From NCBI GenBank assembly GCA_028283955.1, contig JANQSP010000076.1:4064-68063 (forward strand): a stretch of DNA of 64,000 nucleotides, read 5' to 3'. Within the stretch, counting starts at the first letter, position 1; every line of letters begins with the position of its first letter. The position numbers and the translations under genes are program-made. Source of the DNA: Bdellovibrionales bacterium (GTDB lineage Bacteria > Bdellovibrionota > Bdellovibrionia > Bdellovibrionales > UBA1609). The notes beneath the pieces are model-generated. The model was not told the origin of the DNA and made no database searches. It saw only the letters and a program-made list of their open reading frames with translations. Below are positions 1 through 7,367 of the stretch, in pieces.

Positions 1-185
1 ATTACTCTAGCTATTTGTGATTTTTTCAAAGCTGTAAAATATTTGATTGTTATTATCTTGTGCTGTTTTCAATTCAAATAATACTGAGACAGTTTTTGGA
101 GATTTAACCACCTGTAAGAAGTATATTTTACACGATAGTAAAGATTGAATCCGTCAATATAGATAACATTTCTTGATTTTTTCAT
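1..185 (-). pseudogene. NYN-domain (PIN-like nuclease) paralog, 5' part, with in-frame TGA at 69-71; runs off the left window edge
   Basis: From ATG at 185: MKKSRNVIYIDGFNLYYRVKYTSYRWLNLQKLSQYYLN*KQHKIITIKYFTAL.. This aligns colinearly with the intact copy at 1726-2193 (MKKTIVYIDGFNLYYRVKHTPYKWLNLQRLSEAYLNLEQHNITKIKYFTAL..). The Leu codon of copy 2 is TGA here. DNA identity is about 73-90% by hand alignment. Confidence 0.6.
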
Positions 186-256
186 AGGCTTAAAAACGCG
201 AAAGCAGGCTTGCGCCTGCTCGCACCCACTCACCGAAACAAGTGGGGATGTCACTT
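186..256 (-). promoter_or_regulatory. Conserved structured 5' leader of NYN paralog (copy 1): two hairpins, one GNRA-capped and followed by a U-tract
   Basis: RNA sense: CCCACU-UGUUUCGGUG-AGUGGG, then GCGA-GCAGGC-GCAA-GCCUGC-UU-UCGC, then GUUUUUAAGCCU-AUG. The same architecture recurs at 2194-2262 with compensatory changes. Confidence 0.4.
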
Positions 257-392
257 CTTATTATTGGTGTTTTTTTGGATAAGTCAAAGGTCAACCCAAA
301 AAAAACCTGCAAAAAAATATAATATTTTGATTATTTTGAACAAGAAATGAAAAACACAGTTAGAAATATTCACAATAAAATATCTTCTTCTG

Positions 393-698
393 TTAAGCTA
401 GTTTAACTATATAATTCAAATCATACTGGCGGAGATAATCTTGAACCGCTACTTGTACCCAATAAGATTCAATCTCACCAAGAGCTTCCGCTATTTCAGC
501 AGCTTTGGCTGGAGAAGGAATACGACGACCATTCTCATAGTCACAAATAATGCCTCGGCTTAAACCACCAATCTTTTCCCCAAGTTCACTCTGAGTTAGC
601 TCTGAAGTTATACGATAAGTGTGTAAAAGTTTGGCAAAAGTAATTGCGCCATAATCTTTTTCCAACTCTTTTGTTCCATATCTTTTTTTAGTAGTCAT
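393..698 (-). CDS. higA: HigA-like antitoxin, XRE-family helix-turn-helix
   Basis: 101 aa. HTH segment LTQSELGEKIGGLSRGIICDYENGRRIPS. Overlaps the upstream toxin ORF by 11 nt, with the toxin first as in higBA. Confidence 0.7.
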   Translation of the reverse strand: MTTKKRYGTKELEKDYGAITFAKLLHTYRITSELTQSELGEKIGGLSRGIICDYENGRRIPSPAKAAEIAEALGEIESYWVQVAVQDYLRQYDLNYIVKLA

Positions 699-963
699 GG
701 GGTATAACCTCCTTTACTATTATTATATTGATTTGATCTTCTTTATTAACTGTATAAATTAGCCTCCATTTTTTATTTAAATATACAGATCTCTGTCCTT
801 TTCGGTTACCTTTTAACATATGGTCTCTAAAACCTCCTACTTTTTGAACAGTTGGTAATCCTTCTTTTTCAACCATATCTGCCCAAACTTGTACTTTATC
901 ACGAATAAAATACGGTACTTTCCTAAGAGATTTTTTCACTAAGGTCAAATCAACTATATACAC
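688..963 (-). CDS. higB: HigB-like (RelE/ParE superfamily) mRNA-interferase toxin
   Basis: 91 aa. GGFRDHMLKGNRKGQRSVYLNKKWRLIY...HDY matches the HigB killer-protein signature (F..H.LKG.R.G.WS..v...WRiiF...DYH). Confidence 0.7.
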   Translation of the reverse strand: MYIVDLTLVKKSLRKVPYFIRDKVQVWADMVEKEGLPTVQKVGGFRDHMLKGNRKGQRSVYLNKKWRLIYTVNKEDQINIIIVKEVIPHDY

Positions 964-1215
964 TTAATCACTGTACTCTTATTTTGAGTACAAATCAAGA
1001 AGAAATTAAAAAATTAAGTAATGCAGTCATTTTTTTTGTCGAGGCAGGAGTCGCGACAGAGTTGGGAAAACTAAAGTGCGATTTTTTGAGGGATCCCCTC
1101 CGGAGAAACCAGATCATAGCTGTACTTACTCTTTCCTCACTATAGAACCGCTTTAGATTATTTTGGAAATTGTAGTGCAATTAAGAGGAATCTTTACCGG
1201 AACAGAAAAATAAAA

Positions 1216-1584
1216 TTATATTTCTCTTGTTTGATCCCAACACTCGCCAAGACGATCACACACTTTGCATATTTCAAGTTTGATTTGCCTTCCTCTGGTA
1301 TATCTAAAATCAATCTCACATTCAATTAGAGAAACATAAAGGGAATTTTCATTTGCCGGTGAACACGCACCAGACCGCTCACAGATTTTACATTCTTTTA
1401 GTTTGATTTGATTTGTTAAGCTGTTTTTGTACTCAATTTCACATTTACGATAAGCCTCACCTATGGTAATTTCTTGTGTAACTGTTTCAGTTTTATTCCC
1501 AGACTCACCAGAAACAGGTCTATATTCCGGTGAACCACAGCTTATTAAAAGAAAGAAAAGACTTGTAAACATTATCTTTTTCAT
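1216..1584 (-). CDS. Cys-rich lipoprotein with an internal duplication
   Basis: Signal peptide plus lipobox FFLLISCGS. Two copies of CEI(E/D)(Y/F)-x9-QIKL-x-(E)CK(I/V)C(E/D)R-x-G-x-C. Confidence 0.65.
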   Translation of the reverse strand: MKKIMFTSLFFLLISCGSPEYRPVSGESGNKTETVTQEITIGEAYRKCEIEYKNSLTNQIKLKECKICERSGACSPANENSLYVSLIECEIDFRYTRGRQIKLEICKVCDRLGECWDQTREI

Positions 1585-1725
1585 TTGCGCTTGTATTGCA
1601 TTTTTTTAGTTTTATTACAAACACATTATATAAATATTCTTTTCTTTTTTACTGAGTGATTAAAAGTTTGACGATTTACATATAAAAATCATATAGAATA
1701 TATACAGCTTTCTTCTTTTCTGGCT

Positions 1726-2193
1726 TTAACATCTCTTTAGAATACAAAAAGCTTTTCCAAATTTATAGGCGAAACGATAGGGGTTTTGAAAGACAAAAAT
1801 AACTGAATCTGCAACAACATGAGTGGTTATATGAACATCCGACATTTTCTCTTCCCATTTTTGAACTTTAACAATATCTTTTTTTAATTGCTTTCTATCT
1901 TCAGAATCACAAAACACTCCCCTCACTTGCCTTTTTTTGAACTGACCAAAAACAATTTCCAAATTAGGCAGAGTTTTGAGGGCACGCAAATATATATGTT
2001 GTCTAGTGATATTGAGGTGATCTTTCAACGTTCCTTTTACTAATGCTGTAAAATATTTAATTTTTGTTATATTATGTTGTTCAAGGTTTAAATAAGCCTC
2101 AGATAATCTTTGAAGGTTTAGCCATTTGTAAGGTGTATGCTTTACACGATAGTAAAGATTGAATCCGTCAATATAAACAATGGTTTTTTTCAT
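1726..2193 (-). CDS. NYN-domain (PIN-like) nuclease, short and possibly C-terminally degenerate
   Basis: N-terminus VYIDGFNLYY plus WEEKMSDVHITTHVVAD (the EEKGSDV-type acidic motif) are typical of NYN/LabA-like proteins. The 155 aa product lacks the usual distal DSD motif. Confidence 0.7.
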   Translation of the reverse strand: MKKTIVYIDGFNLYYRVKHTPYKWLNLQRLSEAYLNLEQHNITKIKYFTALVKGTLKDHLNITRQHIYLRALKTLPNLEIVFGQFKKRQVRGVFCDSEDRKQLKKDIVKVQKWEEKMSDVHITTHVVADSVIFVFQNPYRFAYKFGKAFCILKRC

Positions 2194-2262
2194 GCTCTAG
2201 AAACGCGAAAACAGGCTCTCGCCTGTCGCACCCACTCACCGAAACAAATGGAGATGTTGTTA
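2194..2262 (-). promoter_or_regulatory. Conserved structured 5' leader of NYN gene (copy 2)
   Basis: RNA sense: UCCAUU-UGUUUCGGUG-AGUGGG (two G.U wobbles replace the G:C pairs of copy 1), then GCG-ACAGGC-GAGA-GCCUGU-UUU-CGC, then GUUUCUAGAGC-AUG. Confidence 0.4.
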
Positions 2263-2591
2263 TTAATTTTACATATAAAAAAAGTATTTTCAATTAGAAT
2301 AATTGTCATACAAAGGTACAGCGATATTATAAGTTTTGTCCAGTTTTCTTTTTTTACTTACAACTCTTTTTCCACGACCTAACTCAACTCGGCGAATATT
2401 TATTTTTCTTGTCATCAAACTGCCTAGTTAAAATGAGGGTCGCGACAGTAACGAAGACCATGCCAGAATTATTTTCATAGGTATTTAATTTCTCTATAAA
2501 GAAAAATATTAGTATGCCGATAAGTCTTACTTAACAGTTAATAATCCCTTATATCATGTAAATACTAAATATATTTTAAGGAGGAGTTAGA

Positions 2592-3761
2592 ATGTCCCAA
2601 AATAAAGAAAACTTGGTGGAAGCTTTAAAAGTGTTAAAGCAACGAATTTTAGATGTTGAGCAAAAATCTACGAAATTGAGTGAACAGGACACACGTCAGG
2701 GGCTAATTAATGCTTTATTTAGAGCACTTGGATGGGATCTTTCTGATTTTGATTCTGTTAAAAGTGAGTTGCGTCATAAAAGTTATAATGAACCTGTTGA
2801 TTATGCATTTTTTCATCGTGCAGATAAGAATAGACCTGTTTTATTAGTTGAAGCTAAGTCTCTTGGAAAAAACTTGAATGATGGTAAAATTGTGAAACAA
2901 CTTTGTACTTATCTTGGAGAAATGGGTGTTCAATGGGGCGTTTTAACGGATGGTAATAAGTATGTTATGTATAATTCCAAGTCTGGCTCATCTTTTGAAG
3001 AACAAAAATTTTTAACTCTTCAAATTAAAACAGCTGACACTGAAGACGGAATTTCTTTAGATGATCTTGCAGAAAAATTCTTAGCCCTTCTCAGTAGGAA
3101 ATGTCTTGAAAATGACCAAATACAATGCGCTTATGAAAACCTTGCTATAGATAGAAACATAAAAGAAGCTCTGGATTCACTTCTAACAGCGCCATTTGAA
3201 ACATTAGCTTCAGCTATTAGAAGAGAGTTTAAAGAAGAAAGAGTCAAAATTGATTCGAACATTAGAATCACTCAGAAACAGATTGTGTCCTATCTTGAGA
3301 AGATTCAAGATGAGGATGGACGAATTTTTATGGAAGGTGTTGCCGAATCCTCTATATCTGAGTCGAATGTTCTTCATGATATTGCACAGTCTCAAGAGCA
3401 AGAAGGCAATAGTGAATTTGCTGAAAAATCATCATATGAAAGGCGGACTAAAAGGATTACTATTTCTGACCTTTTAAAAGGTAAGATGATTGATGCTGGT
3501 GATAGCTGGCGTTTTGAAAATAAAGGTGAGTTCACATGGGGTAGAGTAACAAGTAATGGAGAGATAGAAGTTAATGGGAAAACTTATACAACTCCCTCAA
3601 GAGCAGGGAAGGCTATAACTAAAAAGAGTAGTTGTGATGGTTGGACTCAATGGTTTTTTAAAGATTCTTCAAATAAGTGGTGTCCGGTAAATGACTTGAG
3701 AGAGCAATATCGAAAGCGCCATGGGTTTTCTGAAAATACCAGAATAAGGAAAGCTTCTTAA
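2592..3761 (+). CDS. PD-(D/E)XK nuclease (HsdR N-terminal-like) fused to a C-terminal RAMA/DUF4357-like domain
   Basis: Strong SD (AAGGAGGAG). N-terminus: SEQDTRQGLINALFRALGWD...PVDYAF...VLLVEAKSLG...QL..Y....GVQWGVLTDGNKY (D..EAK..Q core). C-terminus: NGEIEVNGKTYTTPSRAGKAIT..SCDGWTQWFF resembles the RAMA motif (..y.SPS.AA.....NGW..W). Confidence 0.75.
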   Translation: MSQNKENLVEALKVLKQRILDVEQKSTKLSEQDTRQGLINALFRALGWDLSDFDSVKSELRHKSYNEPVDYAFFHRADKNRPVLLVEAKSLGKNLNDGKIVKQLCTYLGEMGVQWGVLTDGNKYVMYNSKSGSSFEEQKFLTLQIKTADTEDGISLDDLAEKFLALLSRKCLENDQIQCAYENLAIDRNIKEALDSLLTAPFETLASAIRREFKEERVKIDSNIRITQKQIVSYLEKIQDEDGRIFMEGVAESSISESNVLHDIAQSQEQEGNSEFAEKSSYERRTKRITISDLLKGKMIDAGDSWRFENKGEFTWGRVTSNGEIEVNGKTYTTPSRAGKAITKKSSCDGWTQWFFKDSSNKWCPVNDLREQYRKRHGFSENTRIRKAS

Positions 3762-3811
3762 AATAGGTGACATTGAGTTGATCACAGCTTTTTGATCTCA
3801 TAATTAGCAGT

Positions 3812-4300
3812 TTGGCCTATAATTCAGAAATTAATCCCCTTCAGATGGACAGGTTGTGTTGGATCATTCTCTCCATTTGCTTGCTCATTACCTCCCGTGT
3901 AGCCAATCAGGAACAAATATCTATCCAGAGAGGAGTAAAAGAAATTGATTGTAGAACTGGTTTTCCTAAAGAAGTTTTTCTAAAGTCTTCCTCATCTGAT
4001 TCAGCTCCTATGTTTATAATTGTATGTAAAAATAACGGCTTATCATCTCAGACAATTACTTGGGTTGGAAATAACAAAAAACAACCTATATATGTATTTC
4101 CATTTCAAAATAAAAAGCAGAAAAAAATAGGAAAAACACTTCGCCGCGGAGAATCTTTTTTGATACCTATAAATCAACAGTTATTACAAACACTTGAAAA
4201 CTCTAACGGATTATTTTTATACGATATTATGGGAAAAAAGAAAAAAATAGCTTCAAAAAAAGACATTCAAAACTCGTTACAAAATGTAAATAAAAAATAA
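3812..4300 (+). CDS. Hypothetical protein (orphan); the start may be ATG at 3845, giving a signal-peptide-like MDRLCWIILSICLLITS
   Basis: Only long ORF in this interval. Same strand, 50 nt after the nuclease gene. No clear SD at either start. Confidence 0.45.
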   Translation: MAYNSEINPLQMDRLCWIILSICLLITSRVANQEQISIQRGVKEIDCRTGFPKEVFLKSSSSDSAPMFIIVCKNNGLSSQTITWVGNNKKQPIYVFPFQNKKQKKIGKTLRRGESFLIPINQQLLQTLENSNGLFLYDIMGKKKKIASKKDIQNSLQNVNKK

Positions 4301-4317
4301 TAAGAAAGGAACGAGAT

Positions 4318-4569
4318 ATGTATATGAATGGAGTTTTACGATCTTCATTTATTATATCAGACCCAAAACTTTTATCTGTGGATGCTTTTGATAATAAAAA
4401 TTTTCTCAAGCTTAGTTTTGATATAAACCAGGAGCATAAAGATATTTTTCACTTGTTAAAAAATAAAATAAAATCCGAAAAAATATCAATCAAGAGCTTA
4501 AAACACAAACTTTCTTCCCCCAACATTAAATTCCTGCATTATGCCGCAGACTCTTTAATTTTGGATTGA
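4318..4569 (+). CDS. Hypothetical small protein (83 aa, orphan)
   Basis: SD-like AAAGGAA 8 nt upstream. 17 nt after the previous stop. Confidence 0.45.
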   Translation: MYMNGVLRSSFIISDPKLLSVDAFDNKNFLKLSFDINQEHKDIFHLLKNKIKSEKISIKSLKHKLSSPNIKFLHYAADSLILD

Positions 4570-4720
4570 GATTTTTTCACTCTCTCATCATAAAGCCACT
4601 TTTATTCAAGCTTCTTTTCCAGCTTTAAAATCAATTCGTTTAAAATCTCTTTAGAACCCAATCAGTTTTTCCGAATCTATAGGAAGAAAAAAACAAACAA
4701 AAACTCCGGAGAGTTCTAAA

Positions 4721-5026
4721 ATGTTTTATTATCCTTTGCCCTTTCTCGGTGGAATTATAAATGTCTTCGTTGCTTTTCTTGGAATGGTTTTTGAATATTC
4801 AATAATAATCATTTTATCACCTCTCCTATTGTATTTGTGTTACAAAAAAGATAAGGACGCAATACGGAGTATTTCTAATTGTATTGATTCTGCAGGTAAT
4901 TTGTTTCAAACTATACTTCACTCAGTTCTTTTCTGGTTAATAGTGATTGCCTTATCTCCTTTGCTTTTATTTTTTCTTTTCTTTCACTGGATAACAAAAA
5001 AGGTCAGTAAAACGAAACAATCATAG
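4721..5026 (+). CDS. Hypothetical small membrane protein (about 3 TM segments)
   Basis: GGAGA SD. Hydrophobic stretches FLGGIINVFVAFLGMVF, IIIILSPLLLYL and VLFWLIVIALSPLLLFFLFF. Confidence 0.55.
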   Translation: MFYYPLPFLGGIINVFVAFLGMVFEYSIIIILSPLLLYLCYKKDKDAIRSISNCIDSAGNLFQTILHSVLFWLIVIALSPLLLFFLFFHWITKKVSKTKQS

Positions 5027-5093
5027 TTCTGTTTAGATCAGAAAGTTTTGTTTTAGCCATATACTTATAATAATAAATCGTTACCTAAAGTGA

Positions 5094-5173
5094 CCAGAAA
5101 AAACCACCAGCTCTTACAAAACTCAAGATCTATATTTCTTTTCCAGAAAAAACCACCGGCTCTAATAAAGCTC
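5094..5173. repeat. Two 31-bp imperfect direct repeats (5094-5124, 5143-5173), period 49 bp
   Basis: CCAGAAAAAACCACCAGCTCTTACAAAACTC versus CCAGAAAAAACCACCGGCTCTAATAAAGCTC. The second copy overlaps the stop codon of the frameshifted gene on the minus strand. Confidence 0.6.
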
Positions 5174-5507
5174 TTCCTGCATTTCAATTTCTACAGGCAC
5201 AGGTACTGAATGCTCTTTTTCTTTCTCTGTGACAATAGAGAGACGGCAATATTTTCTTTTTCTTATGTTAGCAATGGCTTTACGTATGTCATTATTGGCT
5301 TTTGAGCGGTCATCATACGCCTTAGCTGTATCATCAATGGCTTTGCGTATGTCATCAAAGTATTTTTCGAAGCCTAATGCAACATGAGCTTTGAATAGGC
5401 CAGCGTGGCCTTTGGATTCGTCAGCATACGCTTTGGATAGGTCTTTCAGTGACTTAACACAATCCCTTATCGGACACAGGAAGAGCGTTTTTAAAAATCC
5501 CGTTCAT
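5162..5507 (-). pseudogene. Frameshifted gene for a helical-repeat protein
   Basis: ATG at 5507 gives MNGIFKNALPVSDKGLC*. A 113-codon open frame (5165-5503) continues in the adjacent frame with no ATG/GTG/TTG until near its end: ..KSLKDLSKAYADESKGHAGLFKAHVALGFEKYFDDIRKAIDDTAKAYDDRSKANNDIRKAIANIRKR.. It carries the repeated DIRKAI / KAYxD motifs. Confidence 0.4.
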
Positions 5508-5597
5508 TTCCCGTTCAGGCTCTGTTTAAAGGAAAAAAATCAAGTAATTTTCGCATTTTCTTCTTCAATCATTTATTTATCCTATTCCAAAGTTCCT

Positions 5598-6347
5598 TTA
5601 ATAGACCCTTACACCTTCTCCCACTTCCGCTTGTATACGTTGTTTTTCCTCTTCAGACATATTCCACAACTCAAGATCAAGCTCCTCTAAAGAAGGAAGA
5701 TTGGAAAACAAACCCTTCGGATAATTTTGGCTATAAATCTTAATTTTTCGTACTTTTGTGAGGCCGGAAAAGAGATTTACGGGCACGTCATCTAAGAGAA
5801 AACTACTAAACTCAACTATTTCCAAAGAAGGCGACCCTGACAACAAGTTCGGTGGCACAGCTTTTATACTACTACTACCATGCATAACCAGTATCTCCAA
5901 GGAAGCAAGACCAGAAAGCATACCCACTGGTAAACTGTCCACTGATGTATCAACTGGGAGTACGAGAACACTTAAGAGAGTAAGCCCTGAAAAATCATTG
6001 GCTTGCATACCTGGAAAATCATTGGCCTTCATAGAAGATAAATCAGCTACTCCCCCCACCTCAAAGTAGTCCCTTATAATAGTCTTAATAGACAATAAAT
6101 CCTGATCTGTTACGGCTTTGCAATCTGTCTTTTTAACTTTATAAAGTATAATAGCCTGCATTCCTTTTGTTCTATTGCATACAGAAACCGCAGGCGGCTT
6201 TGCCTCTCCTCTTTTTTCCGCTTCTTGCGCTAACCTCAAAAGCTCCGCCTCTAACTCCTCAATTTTTTTATCTTTCGATCCATCATCACACCCAATAAAA
6301 AAACAACAGGATATCATTAGAAAACACAAACTCATTTTTTTTAACAT
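5598..6347 (-). CDS. Leucine-rich-repeat lipoprotein
   Basis: Lipobox FFIGCDD. LRR-type periodicity (LPVGMLSGLASLEIL, PPNLLSGSPSLEIV, VPVNLFSGLTKVRKI, PKGLFSNLPSLEEL). Confidence 0.7.
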   Translation of the reverse strand: MLKKMSLCFLMISCCFFIGCDDGSKDKKIEELEAELLRLAQEAEKRGEAKPPAVSVCNRTKGMQAIILYKVKKTDCKAVTDQDLLSIKTIIRDYFEVGGVADLSSMKANDFPGMQANDFSGLTLLSVLVLPVDTSVDSLPVGMLSGLASLEILVMHGSSSIKAVPPNLLSGSPSLEIVEFSSFLLDDVPVNLFSGLTKVRKIKIYSQNYPKGLFSNLPSLEELDLELWNMSEEEKQRIQAEVGEGVRVY

Positions 6348-6586
6348 GATTTTTTTTCCTACTTTGTTTCCTCTCTATTTTATAGAATTTTTGCTCCCAT
6401 TAGGGTAGTCTTTTTTCTCCATAGTATCAGCTAATGTGACAGGCCCTAGAACATTTTTAATAACTATTGGGCGAAGCGAGTTATCGTCGTTTTGTTGAGG
6501 TTTGGAATTAGGAGTTATAATCTGATATTTCAGGGCCAGTTTATCCCGATCGGAAAAAGCATGGGTTATAATTTGGTATTTAAGAA

Positions 6587-6919
6587 TTAATTTAATTCAT
6601 AAAAGGGACTTACTAGTGTTTCTACTATAGAAACTATATGTTCTATAAATTTGTTAGAACCAAACATGGATACACATGTTTTTTTATTATTATCAATAAT
6701 GCATCCTTTAATAATATCAGCTCTAATTTTATACGCTGCACTGTTAAGACACTCTTCATAGGTATAAAGAGTTGTGCATTGTTGAAATGATTCTGTATCT
6801 ACAAAAATAGCAATACGTCCTGATTCATCTTCTGATTCGTTTTCTACAAGCATCGCTGAAACCGGTAACTGAGTAAAAATTAAGATAGTTGCAAACAATT
6901 TTATTATGAAAAATTTCAA
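6587..6919 (-). CDS. Hypothetical secreted protein
   Basis: N-terminal signal peptide MKFFIIKLFATILIFTQLPVSA. 110 aa with 4 Cys. Confidence 0.5.
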   Translation of the reverse strand: MKFFIIKLFATILIFTQLPVSAMLVENESEDESGRIAIFVDTESFQQCTTLYTYEECLNSAAYKIRADIIKGCIIDNNKKTCVSMFGSNKFIEHIVSIVETLVSPFYELN

Positions 6920-7261
6920 TTATATTCTCCTGCTTTTTATTTACTTTCATTACTAAATATTAAATTTAATTTAGTAAATATTATTTTGTTATTTGTGTAA
7001 GAATTTCATTTCTGTTAAGAAAAAGAAGAATAATTTTTACTGTTAGGGCAATTAAGATAACTTATATTCTATTAAGGGTTAAAATAAAAAATAATAACAG
7101 AAATAATATTTTTTTATATTACTTAGTCTTATCATTCTATCATTTAATTAAAAATGTAGTGTGTTTCTTAATCTGATTAACCAAGAAACACGGGGGCTTG
7201 AAATAACCCGACATTTCCTGAAATGTCCAAACACAGAATCTTGAAAGTTTGTGAAATACAA

Positions 7262-7347
7262 TGGTGGAGAGAGTAGGATTCGAACCTACGTAGGCATAAG
7301 CCAACGGGTTTACAGCCCGCCCCCTTTAACCACTCGGGCATCTCTCC
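7262..7347 (-). tRNA. tRNA-Tyr (GTA), long variable arm, CCA encoded
   Basis: Reverse complement GGAGAGATGCCCGAGTGG..GCGGG-CTGTAAA-CCCGT..GGTTCGAATCC..CTCTCCACCA folds as a cloverleaf by hand. Confidence 0.9.
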
Positions 7348-7367
7348 ATCTATGCTCGTCTCTAAAA

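Noticed and set aside
198-223. The GNRA-capped bulged hairpin as a group II intron domain V
   Set aside because: The architecture is superficially similar (GNRA loop, 2-nt bulge on the 3' strand). However, the helix lengths (4-6 + 6 bp, about 30 nt) do not fit the 34-nt domain V. There is no proper AGC triad placement and no reverse transcriptase/IEP or other intron domains nearby.
995-1180. 61-aa minus-strand ORF with TTG start between the Cys-rich lipoprotein and higB
   Set aside because: It has no SD and no recognisable family. The interval is relatively GC-rich and contains the GTCGCGACAG motif and small hairpins, so it is more likely higBA promoter/operator DNA or non-coding.
2137-2382. 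81-aa plus-strand ORF across the NYN start and leader
   Set aside because: It overlaps the 5' end of the NYN gene and the structured leader. Its translation is low complexity.
2290-2415. 41-codon basic ORF (MTRKINIRRVELGRGKRVVSKKRKLDKTYNIAVPLYDNYSN) upstream of the NYN leader
   Set aside because: It has no SD and no counterpart upstream of NYN copy 1. It is too short to support without expression or conservation data.
5391-6408. Plus-strand ORFs 5391-5690, 5758-6069 and 6175-6408
   Set aside because: They are antisense to, or overlap, the LRR lipoprotein gene and the frameshifted gene. They show no SD or domain signal.
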